From Methanomicrobia archaeon LH_S14 (GTDB taxonomy: Archaea > Halobacteriota > Syntropharchaeia > Alkanophagales > Methanospirareceae): DNA of 32,000 nt. The stretch lies in assembly GCA_023659775.1 (NCBI GenBank), contig JAGXOS010000005.1:1-32000 (forward strand). Direction: 5' to 3'. The position numbers and the translations under genes are program-made. The first letter of the stretch is position 1. Every line of letters starts with the position of its first letter. Shown here piece by piece: positions 8,049 through 16,569 of the stretch. The notes under the pieces were generated by a model. It ran no database searches. It saw only the letters and a list, made by a program, of their open reading frames with translations, and was not told where the DNA came from.

Positions 8049-8507
8049 TTAATGGGTTGTGATTATCTCTAAGAAATCAACTCTTTTAAAATCTGGGTCG
8101 AAGGCGGCTATCTTATTGATTCCGTAATGCTTGCATGTTGCTGCGATTAAGGCATCGTTTGGAAGCAACCCGTATATTTTGCTGAATAGGTAAGAATCCT
8201 TAAAAACTTGCATGTTCAGGTCTAATACCTTTATTAGACCATTCTGAATAAGTTCAAAAACCACATCAAATCTGTTTTCAACTTCTTGCCTCCCAATTCC
8301 TTTGATCCAAGCCTTTTTTATCTCAAAAATATTGCCTTTTTTTATACTATCCCCCACAATACCCACGATTGTCTTAAACAACGTTTCTTCGAGGGCATTG
8401 ACCGGTACGAAAGCCTCGTGATGCGAAATTATCTTTTCAAGAGTTTTTATTTTCACATATAAGATTGCATCTATAAGAACCGAAGAGTCAATAACGACTG
8501 GATTCAA
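8049..8507 (-). CDS. vapC: PIN-domain ribonuclease toxin (VapC-like)
   Basis: [13 protein letters not shown] at the N-terminus, then [12 protein letters not shown] and AAFDPDF, give the PIN acidic residues. It overlaps the upstream small antitoxin gene. Confidence 0.75.
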   Translation of the reverse strand: MNPVVIDSSVLIDAILYVKIKTLEKIISHHEAFVPVNALEETLFKTIVGIVGDSIKKGNIFEIKKAWIKGIGRQEVENRFDVVFELIQNGLIKVLDLNMQVFKDSYLFSKIYGLLPNDALIAATCKHYGINKIAAFDPDFKRVDFLEIITTH

Positions 8508-8706
8508 GATACATCTCCTCCAATTTCTCTGGTTTTAAACGAATGGATGTAAACCTCCTTAGTTTGTCTAATATCTCCCTTGCTTTTTCACTTTTGTCTA
8601 CTTTTTCTTTTATTTCTATCCTTATTTCTTCCCCTTCCTTCAATTCCACGGGCATCAAAGGCTTAAACATACCCTTTTCATAGACAACCTCAATTGTTTT
8701 TTGCAT
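8488..8706 (-). CDS. small antitoxin (DUF104/AF2212-like) paired with the PIN toxin
   Basis: [28 protein letters not shown] is the typical N-terminal beta motif of this antitoxin family. It overlaps vapC by 20 nt. Confidence 0.55.
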   Translation of the reverse strand: MQKTIEVVYEKGMFKPLMPVELKEGEEIRIEIKEKVDKSEKAREILDKLRRFTSIRLKPEKLEEMYLESSRY

Positions 8707-8871
8707 CTCTCAACCCCTCCTTTATTTTTTTAGCTATAGTATTATTATTATCGGCTCCTGAGTATAAAAAGGTATTTTTTAAAACAATGAAACACGAATA
8801 AAGATAAGCGGGTTATATATAGTTATAGAAGCGATTACAGAAATAAAAGGCACAACTGTCGTGTGATGTAG

Positions 8872-10902
8872 ATGGGAATGGGAATGGAAGTAGAAATGGG
8901 AGAACTGTTCATAATCCTCGCTGGCATCTTGCTGGTTTTTGATTTTCTCCTGTTATCAAAAGCAACGGCAAAGGACAGGAAGAAACTTGAATACGCATTT
9001 TACACTTCTGCCATCGCTTGTGCGTTGGTCGTGGCTTCATACCTCTCGCTTACATGGGCTTTTGTATCCGATAAATTCGCCTTGAGCGAGGTTTATACCT
9101 ACAGTTCATCGGGTTTAGCCATCTGGTATAAACTCGGCGACCCGTGGATAGGAGCCAGCGGGTCAATGCTTTTTCTTACTTTTCTCTTTACCCTCCTCTA
9201 TTTCATCTATCGGTTTAAAGAACCCGAGGCTGAAAGAGGAAGCACGTTTCGTATAACGCTATACAAAACAACAGACGCTTTTCTCATCTTTTTTATCCTC
9301 CTGGTCTTGCTGCACAGCCCGTTTGAACATTTCCCTATGTCTATGTCTATGCAGACAGTGCTAACAGAGGGAGCAGGACTTAATCCATTGTTACAGACGT
9401 TCTGGGTGCTTATCCACCCGCCGATAGTTTTCTTAGGGTACGCATTTGTCTTTTTCGCATTTGCGCTCACGCTAACAGGCATGATAACGGGTGGGTTAGA
9501 AGAGCGTGAAAGAAGAACGTTAAAGCGTTCTCTTTATGCAGCATGGTTGTTTTTAGCTCTTGGAATAGCTCTTGGTGGTTGGTGGTCGTATGAAGTGCTG
9601 GGCTGGGGCGGGTACTGGTCCTGGGACCCGGTAGAAACGGCTTCTTTACTGCCCTGGCTTGCTCTTACTGCGTATTTCCATTTATCGCCTAAGAAGAGCA
9701 CCAGAGACGAGAACATGACAGGGGAATTTACGCTCCTGCTTACTTTTTTAGCTGTTATATTCAGCACTGCACTGACTCGAGGTGGGCTGTTAGAGTCCGT
9801 TCATGCTTTTGGCCGCTCACCTGTCGGGCCCGCACTGATGTTATTCGCAGCGGGCATTCTTTTTTCCTTTTTCTATCTATGTCGAAAAGCGAAAAAACCT
9901 CTTTATACCTTTGACGTTGATAGTTCTTCCCTCTCCTCCGTCTCCATCGTCATCGCATACTGGTCACTGATATTTCTCATGATAATATGCTTTCTTGGAG
10001 ATGCAGCGCCAATAATAGGCGGTTTATTCCGTGAGAACCCAATGACCACGAGTCCCGAATTTTATAACAAATGGTGTTTCCCCTTTACGCTCGCTTTCGT
10101 AGCTGCTTTAGCGGGCTGCAACGCCAGCGCATACATGGGTGTGAAGAAATATTTTGGGCTAATCCTTGCAGTGTTGGGCGTTGGAGTCGTTTTAGCGTGG
10201 CTCGGGCAGCCAACGCCAAATCCACTTGCTAATTTCGGGCTTCCTCTTATACTCGTGGCGGGTTTTACCATCGCATACAATTTCGCTCGATTATTGCTAA
10301 AGAAGAAATCCTCTTCACGATTGTGGGGCAAAACCATCGTGCATTTTGCAATCATCCTCATTTTAATCGGCGTTTTTGTGAGTTCCACTGCGGAAACAGA
10401 GAGCGGGTTCATCTTCGCAGAGCCGAATTCCACGATTGAGGCTCTGGGAATGGAAATCGAATTGAACGATTTTACCATATCTACCAGTACGGGAAGCGTT
10501 TACTCTGCACAGCATCACTTCAATATTCCTGAATACTCGGCACTAAAAATGGACGTAACTTCGATTAAAGATGCCGGGGACGTTCATCAGGGGGCTATGT
10601 GGATAAACTATTATTCAAATCATGGCGCTGTGTCGGAGCCTTTAATCATTTCAACGCTCACGGGCGACATATACGTTTATATGCAATCTACAAAATCCTC
10701 TTCGGATTCGCTGCTTTACGCGCTTATGGGGCAGAAAGTTCAACCTGAAAATTTTATCGTCAGCGTAAAAAGAATTCCATTAATCGGGTTTATCTGGACA
10801 GGGATATTATTACTGGGACTTGGAATGGCGGTGTTATTAGCGGGGGAGCTTGTGAATACAGGGGACAAAAATAAATTGTTGACACAGATTAACGCAGATT
10901 AA
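8872..10902 (+). CDS. ccmF: cytochrome c maturation haem lyase CcmF
   Basis: Polytopic membrane protein with the WWD signature WGGYWSWDPVE. The exact start is uncertain (MGMGMEVEMG). Confidence 0.8.
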   Translation: MGMGMEVEMGELFIILAGILLVFDFLLLSKATAKDRKKLEYAFYTSAIACALVVASYLSLTWAFVSDKFALSEVYTYSSSGLAIWYKLGDPWIGASGSMLFLTFLFTLLYFIYRFKEPEAERGSTFRITLYKTTDAFLIFFILLVLLHSPFEHFPMSMSMQTVLTEGAGLNPLLQTFWVLIHPPIVFLGYAFVFFAFALTLTGMITGGLEERERRTLKRSLYAAWLFLALGIALGGWWSYEVLGWGGYWSWDPVETASLLPWLALTAYFHLSPKKSTRDENMTGEFTLLLTFLAVIFSTALTRGGLLESVHAFGRSPVGPALMLFAAGILFSFFYLCRKAKKPLYTFDVDSSSLSSVSIVIAYWSLIFLMIICFLGDAAPIIGGLFRENPMTTSPEFYNKWCFPFTLAFVAALAGCNASAYMGVKKYFGLILAVLGVGVVLAWLGQPTPNPLANFGLPLILVAGFTIAYNFARLLLKKKSSSRLWGKTIVHFAIILILIGVFVSSTAETESGFIFAEPNSTIEALGMEIELNDFTISTSTGSVYSAQHHFNIPEYSALKMDVTSIKDAGDVHQGAMWINYYSNHGAVSEPLIISTLTGDIYVYMQSTKSSSDSLLYALMGQKVQPENFIVSVKRIPLIGFIWTGILLLGLGMAVLLAGELVNTGDKNKLLTQINAD

Positions 10903-10989
10903 CACGGATGAAATGAACAATGCCTTTAAAAATAGCTCATCCAACCCATCAAAAGAAAAAATCTGCGTAAATCCGTGTAAATATGTGTC
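10881..10989. repeat. imperfect 29-bp inverted repeat with internal 10-bp periodicity, flanking 51 bp, overlapping the ccmF stop
   Basis: GACACAGATTAACGCAGATTAACACGGAT (10881-10909) matches the reverse complement of ATCTGCGTAAATCCGTGTAAATATGTGTC (10961-10989) at 22 of 29 positions by hand alignment. Each arm is built of ~10-bp units (ATTAACRCRG). Confidence 0.5.
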
Positions 10990-11144
10990 TCAAATAGGGG
11001 AAGTTATACGGTATATACAATAAAAAAAAAACGATAGGGGAAAAAGTCATCAAAGTCAGAAAAAATCCACCTTTTCGACGTAACCATTTCCCCTTTTGGT
11101 TTGGCTCTTTCTTCAGTAAATGTTCCCTTTTCTCCTGCCCAATC

Positions 11145-11621
11145 CTACTTCGATATTGGATGGCAAATTGTGCAGGTTTCTGGTCTAACCGTTAGTCTAT
11201 GGTCATCATGGCAGATTATGCACTCATAACCACTATACTCCGGGACTTGCTCACCCATCCACGAGATATGCTCTTTATGCCCTTCTGGGTACTTCGCGCC
11301 TCCATGGCACTCCAGGCAAAAATCGCTTTTTGGAGCTTCGGGAATCTCATCTTCGATTTCTGAAGCTTCTATCCCTTTAATGTGCTCAATGCCATGCCCT
11401 ATGGGTGCTCCTTCCGGCCTATGACATTCGTGGCAATCCATCACACCAGCAGTTCCATGGGTTGAAACCTCCAGGGAGTCATAGAAGGGCTGCATCTCAT
11501 GACACATCTTACTACAACTCTCCGGTTTGTGCATATAGCTGGACATAGCTGCTCCAGCAACCGCAAGCACTATCACTGCCATAGCCAGACCAATAACAAC
11601 CATCTTTTTTGTGATTTTCAT
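11145..11621 (-). CDS. membrane-anchored NapC/NirT/CymA-like pentahaem c-type cytochrome
   Basis: It has an N-terminal TM helix. Four CxxCH motifs are present (CHECH, CLECH, CIICH, CTICH). A first site, CSKMCHEM..FYDS..STH, aligns with the NapC-family first-haem motif as I recall it (CxxCHEM...Y..S.H) but has CX3CH spacing. A promoter AAAACTTTATATAT lies about 50 nt upstream on the minus strand. Confidence 0.75.
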   Translation of the reverse strand: MKITKKMVVIGLAMAVIVLAVAGAAMSSYMHKPESCSKMCHEMQPFYDSLEVSTHGTAGVMDCHECHRPEGAPIGHGIEHIKGIEASEIEDEIPEAPKSDFCLECHGGAKYPEGHKEHISWMGEQVPEYSGYECIICHDDHRLTVRPETCTICHPISK

Positions 11622-11820
11622 ATCTATCGCTCCTTCCTTTCAGATGTTAGATTCATTTCAGGTGGGGATATATAAAGTTTTCGATTTTTTTCGCCTTTTC
11701 CGAATATACATTACATTTCTGAATGGACATCGTTAAAATACGAAATACAAAGACACCACTTGACTATTTGCTGTTCGATATAACAGATAAAGGCATAGCG
11801 ATCATCACTAAGTCATAAGA

Positions 11821-11852
11821 CAAACTTTCTTAAAAAGAAAGTTTGATCAAAG
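11821..11852. repeat. palindromic unit CAAACTTTCT-TAAAA-AGAAAGTTTG followed by ATCAAAG; related to two units at 17731-17783
   Basis: A perfect 10-bp stem joins 11821-11830 and 11836-11845. The 15-mer GAAAGTTTGATCAAA (11837-11851) is identical to 17767-17781 and contains the palindrome TTTGATCAAA. Confidence 0.6.
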
Positions 11853-11908
11853 AAACAAGATTTTTTATTTTCCGTAAACGCTTTTTATGATTTTCCACAT
11901 ATTATCGA

Positions 11909-12748
11909 TTAAACACCCAAAACCATTCTGAGTATATTTCTAACGGCAGGGGCAAGACCAATGACGAGAAGAGCCAGTAGAACGAGATTCTTTAGTTCCT
12001 TTTCTTTCTCGTCAAATCGCGTCTCTAACAGATATAACACGGGGATGAGTATTCCGAGCTTGAGTGGATACATTCCGGCTGCTGAACCAGCATGCTTTAC
12101 TATAATACCTTCTATCACGTGCTTTCCGCTGTAACCAAGTATATCAATGCCGATATATGAAGAAGAGGCATCAAGCAGATGAGCAGCTAAAACTGATACG
12201 TTCAGCTTTTCTGTTAGAAAATTTACACCAAATTTCGCTGCAATTCCGTATATCACGAGCAATATTATCCCGGAAATGCCAACAACAGCAAAAAGAACCC
12301 CGGGTAGAATTATTTCTTCCTTCCCAAATAGAATTATCAGGTTTATGAAGAGCCATATCACTCCGACCAGACAAAAAGGCACATTGTAGTTATAATCTCT
12401 TACTTTCGACCTGGATAATTTTACCGATATTGTAAGTATGGCGACGCAACAAAAGAACAGGAGAAAATAGATTAGAGGGGTGATGAGCATGTAGCTCAGG
12501 GGAGGAGAAAATAATTCCACGTCTTCCATTACCCTCAGGCTCGCGCCAACAAATATGTAAGGCGATAAGGCGGCGATAAAAGTTTTGTCTATCGCTATTT
12601 CGAGCTGCTTCAGTAATTTTAAAGTCAAAAAGAGACACAATACCAGTAATAAAGCCCATGTTATCGTATTTACTGGATTGTATCCGGTGTCATGGGTTAT
12701 AGGATGGATATAGTACGCGTAGATAAATTGTCTTATCGCTTCGAGCAT
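11909..12748 (-). CDS. polytopic membrane protein of unknown function (possibly DUF63-like)
   Basis: 279-aa ORF with about 7 hydrophobic segments and the N-terminus YYIHPITHDTGYNPVNT. The family name is from memory only. Confidence 0.55.
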   Translation of the reverse strand: MLEAIRQFIYAYYIHPITHDTGYNPVNTITWALLLVLCLFLTLKLLKQLEIAIDKTFIAALSPYIFVGASLRVMEDVELFSPPLSYMLITPLIYFLLFFCCVAILTISVKLSRSKVRDYNYNVPFCLVGVIWLFINLIILFGKEEIILPGVLFAVVGISGIILLVIYGIAAKFGVNFLTEKLNVSVLAAHLLDASSSYIGIDILGYSGKHVIEGIIVKHAGSAAGMYPLKLGILIPVLYLLETRFDEKEKELKNLVLLALLVIGLAPAVRNILRMVLGV

Positions 12749-12813
12749 ATTATGTTATATAAAAAACGTGGAATGCAAGGATATAAATGTGAAAAAGTGA
12801 AAAATCATAGATT

Positions 12814-13479
12814 ATGGATAACATAGGAAAAGCGGTGATTTTTTTCTCTTTGTTGGGCGTTTGCATCTTATACAGTATATCACTATTTGTAGAGCCTCCT
12901 TACGTGCCTTTGGAAGAAGTTGCAGTTAGAACTCATGAAGGTACGTTCGTACGTACAAAAGGTGTCATCACTGACTTCAGCGTCACGAAATACGGAAATA
13001 TGCTCACGATAAAAGGAAACAAAACAGAGCTGCTGATATTTGTTGATTCGACAGATGAGAGAAAGGAGCAATTGAACCTGAACTATGGCGATGAAATAGA
13101 GGTTCAAGGCAGAGTGCAGTTATACAGAGGTAGATATGAACTTGTAGCCGCTGAAAACTCGATAAAAAAGTTGAGTGCTGAAAAAGAAAGTACTATCTCT
13201 TTCGTCTCGCAGATAGCGATGCATCCGGAAGAGTATGAAGGGAGAAGGATAAGTGTTGTGGGTTACGCCGAGGACGTTTACAAGCACGTTTTTTATCTTG
13301 GCGATGAAAAAGGCAAATATCTGATGAGAGTGAAGGTTAATAATGGCTCTATCCCAATCTCAGAGCTGCAAAAGGGCGATAAAATAATTGCAGAGGGCTT
13401 GTTTTCTTATGACCCGGAAAATATGAGGTATGAGTTGAACTTGATCTCGTTGAGGCGGTGTGATAACTTCCTCATCTAA
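12814..13479 (+). CDS. membrane-anchored protein with two OB-fold-like modules
   Basis: An N-terminal TM helix is followed by two repeats of the pattern V.G.V......Y......G.......V..G...YRGRYEL, which is typical of OB-fold nucleic-acid-binding domains. Confidence 0.5.
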   Translation: MDNIGKAVIFFSLLGVCILYSISLFVEPPYVPLEEVAVRTHEGTFVRTKGVITDFSVTKYGNMLTIKGNKTELLIFVDSTDERKEQLNLNYGDEIEVQGRVQLYRGRYELVAAENSIKKLSAEKESTISFVSQIAMHPEEYEGRRISVVGYAEDVYKHVFYLGDEKGKYLMRVKVNNGSIPISELQKGDKIIAEGLFSYDPENMRYELNLISLRRCDNFLI

Positions 13480-14216
13480 AAAAAAAAACTTCTTTCAATC
13501 TCTCGATATCTGATTTTATTTCCGGATTGTCAGTCTCTTCGTAATATCGCTGTAGTTTGTTCAAAACAAACCTTTCTAAAGAAAGCTTTACCAAAGAACG
13601 CTTCGCAGTTGCGGTTTCAACGTTTTCATCGCTTCTCTTTTTGTCTTTCTCTCTCCAACATCCCGTCTAAATCGCTTCTTCATAACTTTCGTAACGGATT
13701 TATTAAATCTTTTTCTCTTATCTCGCGTATTAACTCTTCATTCATGCCGAATAAATCTTCAGATAGTGGGTCGCTGCCGACTTCAAACTTCAAAGTCTTC
13801 GAGTTTGTAAGACATTTTCTCGTAGATTGCATACATCGCCGCTTCATTATTTTGCTCTGTTTTATCTAAAATGTCGTAACTTTCAGCGTCGTAAAGTAAC
13901 TCTGCCGCTTCTTCTTCTCCCGCGGGAATAAATCCCGTTTCGATGGATTCATGAACAATTGTTCGCTGTGTTTCTGTTTAGCAGAGACTAAATTCATGTG
14001 TGCTTCTGCCAATTGCTCTATTGTTCTCTTGCTGGAGATATTACCAATGAGAATCTTGAGCTCGTCCAGATTTTGTATCTCTTCCATGAGCGGTTGTAAT
14101 CCAGTGGTAAAGAAATAGCCGACTGCAAACTTCGCACTAACTGAGTTCCTGAGCAGGTTCTTCACGTGCTCTAACAGGACTTCTTCACGGTTGTCTATTA
14201 TGTCGTGTGTGGGCAT
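13476..14216 (-). pseudogene. remnant of a PLD-domain/SNF2-type defence helicase: N-terminal ~100 aa plus frameshifted C-terminal pieces, core deleted
   Basis: MPTHDIIDNREEVLLEHVKNLLRNSVSAKFAVGYFFTTGLQPLMEEIQNLDELKILIGN is an N-terminal PLD-like motif. Protein-like sequence then continues in shifting frames: TIVHESIETGFIPAGEEEAAELLYDAESYDILDKTEQNNEAAMYAIYEKMSYKLEDFEV, then EVGSDPLSEDLFGMNEELIREIREKDLINPLRKL, then ...LERFVLNKLQRYYEETDNPEIKSDIERLKEVFFF*. A 7-bp tandem duplication (CTTCAAA x2, 13781-13794) creates one of the frameshifts. Confidence 0.55.
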
Positions 14217-14221
14217 TTGAT

Positions 14222-14510
14222 TATCCCTCCTTTTTCTCCACATTATAGTTCTCTTTCAAGAATTTAGTTAGAATCTCGAAGACCTTATTCATGTTGTTCC
14301 TTCTCTCTTCTGCGTTCTGTTTGGTATACCCCGGGAGGGAATCCATATAGGTTCAGCTTCCCAATTAGGGTAACGAGACAACGCCCATTCTTCTTCAAGT
14401 TCTATCACGTTTTCTTCAATAATATCATAATCAGAAAAAGCCTCCAAAAGATATGCTTCTGCGATCTCGAGGACTTTATTCCGGGTATTCATACGGTTGC
14501 CACCACCCAA
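14222..14510 (-). pseudogene. short HEPN-like partner of the upstream MNT, apparently frameshifted
   Basis: The ORF reads ...EEEWALSRYPNWEAEPIWIP, then stops. The HEPN-typical tail LPGYTKQNAEERRNNMNKVFEILTKFLKENYNVEKKEG* continues in another frame after the CCCC/GGG run at 14329-14340. Confidence 0.4.
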
Positions 14511-14923
14511 TAATCTTCTCTCGGTTCTATTATTTTCGCATCTACCATGCGTTGGAATTCTTCTTTAACCGTTGCAAACGTGCCATCATCGAGTAGTGGA
14601 ATGCCGTGCTTGAGGATGTTCAGTAACAGGGGATTGAAGTTTCTCAGGGTCGTGGAAATAATGTCTGTTCCTATAATTCTTGGCGAGACCTGACCTACAG
14701 AACGATAGAGCATTTTTCGCAGCGCTATTTCACAATCTCTGCGAGCACGCCGATCTTCAAAACGCTGCTTTACTACAACTAAAATATCTATATCGGAATA
14801 CTGTGTCTCTTTCCCCGTTGCGTAAGAGCCATAAAGTACTATACTTGATAATGAATTGCCGAAAAAGCTACTTAACTCTTCCAAGATTTTTTTACTTCTT
14901 CTTCGGACAGCATTTTTATACAC
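14489..14923 (-). CDS. minimal nucleotidyltransferase (MNT)
   Basis: VLYGSYATGKETQYSDIDILVVV. Confidence 0.8.
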   Translation of the reverse strand: MYKNAVRRRSKKILEELSSFFGNSLSSIVLYGSYATGKETQYSDIDILVVVKQRFEDRRARRDCEIALRKMLYRSVGQVSPRIIGTDIISTTLRNFNPLLLNILKHGIPLLDDGTFATVKEEFQRMVDAKIIEPREDYWVVATV

Positions 14924-14967
14924 TCCTTTGTTTTTTCATCTCCCAAAAAGAATAAAAATAATTTGAC

Positions 14968-15744
14968 ATGCGCATACTAATTAATCTTCGGGCCGCGAAA
15001 AATCAGGGTTATGAAAGTCTTTACCATCATAAGTTACAGGGATTCGTTTACGGGCTGTTGAGGGATTCGGGATTTGATGGGTTGCATGATAAGGGGGGCT
15101 ACAAATTCTTTTGTTTTTCAAATATCTTTCCTATAAAGGATATTATGGGTGCAGGCGAAGCGTTCAATTTGATTATCGCATCGCCGAATGCTGCGCTTAT
15201 ATCTTCAGTAGAGGGTGCGTTAGAGAAGATTTTGGCTGATGCTGATGGAAATGGAAGGGATGCAAACATAGGAGAAATGTCATTTGAGGTAGTGGGTTTT
15301 AAGAAGCTGGAGACGAAGCTAAAGAGGAAGGATTTGAGGGTGCTCACCGCCACGTCGGTGATAATCAGGATACCGGAGAGGAATTATGAGCGATATGGGA
15401 TACCAGAGGAGGAAAGAAAAGCGAGGTATGTTTACTGGCGTCCGAAATATTCATTTGAGGCTTTTTTGAAGCAATTAAGTGAGAATTTGATAAAGAAGTT
15501 CAATGATTTTTACGGCACGAAGCTGAGAGAATACGAACTGTTCGAGCAGTTTGTGTTCAGGCGTGCAACAGCGACAAAGGTGGTTATTGACGGCAGGGAA
15601 TACGTGATGGTGGGTAGTATGTGGGAGTTCGTATGGAGTTATATGGATGAAATGCAGCGAAGAGTAATAGAGTTTGGGTTGGATGCGGGATTTGGTGAGA
15701 GGAATTCGTTGGGGTTCGGGTTTGTGAATAAAATTTCTTTCTGA
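14968..15744 (+). CDS. cas6: Cas6 crRNA endoribonuclease
   Basis: Its N-terminus is typical of Cas6 (MRILINLRA...YHHKLQGFVYGLL). The C-terminal glycine-rich loop is GFGERNSLGFGFV. Only 44 bp separate it from the divergent MNT gene, so the transcript is probably leaderless. Confidence 0.85.
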   Translation: MRILINLRAAKNQGYESLYHHKLQGFVYGLLRDSGFDGLHDKGGYKFFCFSNIFPIKDIMGAGEAFNLIIASPNAALISSVEGALEKILADADGNGRDANIGEMSFEVVGFKKLETKLKRKDLRVLTATSVIIRIPERNYERYGIPEEERKARYVYWRPKYSFEAFLKQLSENLIKKFNDFYGTKLREYELFEQFVFRRATATKVVIDGREYVMVGSMWEFVWSYMDEMQRRVIEFGLDAGFGERNSLGFGFVNKISF

Positions 15745-15759
15745 AGAAAGAAATTTTAT
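15728..15759 (+). other. perfect 14-bp hairpin centred on the cas6 stop codon
   Basis: ATAAAATTTCTTTC (15728-15741), loop TGAA (containing the TGA stop), GAAAGAAATTTTAT (15746-15759). Confidence 0.6.
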
Positions 15760-15834
15760 GGCATAAAATAACGAGAAAAGTTTATAGGGTTCCATTTATA
15801 ATAATATGTGAATGGATAATGGAGGAGAGGAAGG

Positions 15835-16218
15835 ATGAGAGAAGAAGTATCCAATTGGTGGAAACAAGCATTAAAGGATTTGGAAAGCGCTAAGAAGAAT
15901 CTCGAAATTGAAGAGTATTATATTGCCGCCTTCTTATCACAGCAAGCTGCTGAAAAAGCCCTAAAAGCATTATACATTCATAAAATCAAAGAGTCGCCAG
16001 GACCAACTCATTCTTTGCTATTCTTAGGGAAGCGAGTTGGGATTCTAGAGGAATTTCACACAGCGCTCAGGAAGTTGAGTCCAGATTTTGTCATTACAAG
16101 ATATCCTGATGCTGTTCATGGTCTTCCATACGAACTTTATGACGAGGAGATTTCAAGGGAAAGGTTAGAGTTAGCCGAGAAGGTGATAAAATGGGTGAAG
16201 AAAGAACTGGAGAGATAG
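15835..16218 (+). CDS. HEPN domain protein
   Basis: WWKQALKDLESAKKNLE, LSQQAAEKALKALY and ITRYPDAVHGLPYELYDEE. It is a paralogue of the 4995-5393 protein. Confidence 0.85.
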   Translation: MREEVSNWWKQALKDLESAKKNLEIEEYYIAAFLSQQAAEKALKALYIHKIKESPGPTHSLLFLGKRVGILEEFHTALRKLSPDFVITRYPDAVHGLPYELYDEEISRERLELAEKVIKWVKKELER

Positions 16219-16544
16219 AAGGATTTTTGGAGAAAGTAAGAATAAGATTCAGTCCCGAAGCAATGATATTATTTGGAAGCAGGTCAAGAGGGGAATATTT
16301 AAAACAAAGCGATTACGACTTGATAATAGTCAGCAAAAAGTTTGAAGGCATGCATTTCCTTGAGCGGATATATCAACTCTTAGAGCTTTGGGATTGTGAT
16401 GCCGATGTAGATTTGTTGCCTTATACTCCGGAAGAGTTCAAGAAGAAAAAGGAGGAGATAGGAATTGTAAAGGAGGCAGTAAAGGAAGGGGTTGAGGTAT
16501 CATTAAAGCAAAAGGATTTCATGGATAAACGTGTCAAAATATAG
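16191..16544 (+). CDS. minimal nucleotidyltransferase (MNT)
   Basis: ILFGSRSRGEYLKQSDYDLIIV. It overlaps the HEPN gene by 28 nt. Confidence 0.85.
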   Translation: MGEERTGEIEGFLEKVRIRFSPEAMILFGSRSRGEYLKQSDYDLIIVSKKFEGMHFLERIYQLLELWDCDADVDLLPYTPEEFKKKKEEIGIVKEAVKEGVEVSLKQKDFMDKRVKI

Positions 16545-16569
16545 AAAATTATAGTAGGGAGTTGTCAAG

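Noticed and set aside
8872-8889. Short hexamer duplications inside genes: ATGGGA x2 at 8872, GGGGAA x2 at 1630-1645 and CTATGT x2-3 at 9335-9351
   Set aside because: Two to three copies of a 6-mer are too short to separate from chance or ordinary slippage. They are mentioned only as context for the longer tandem repeats.
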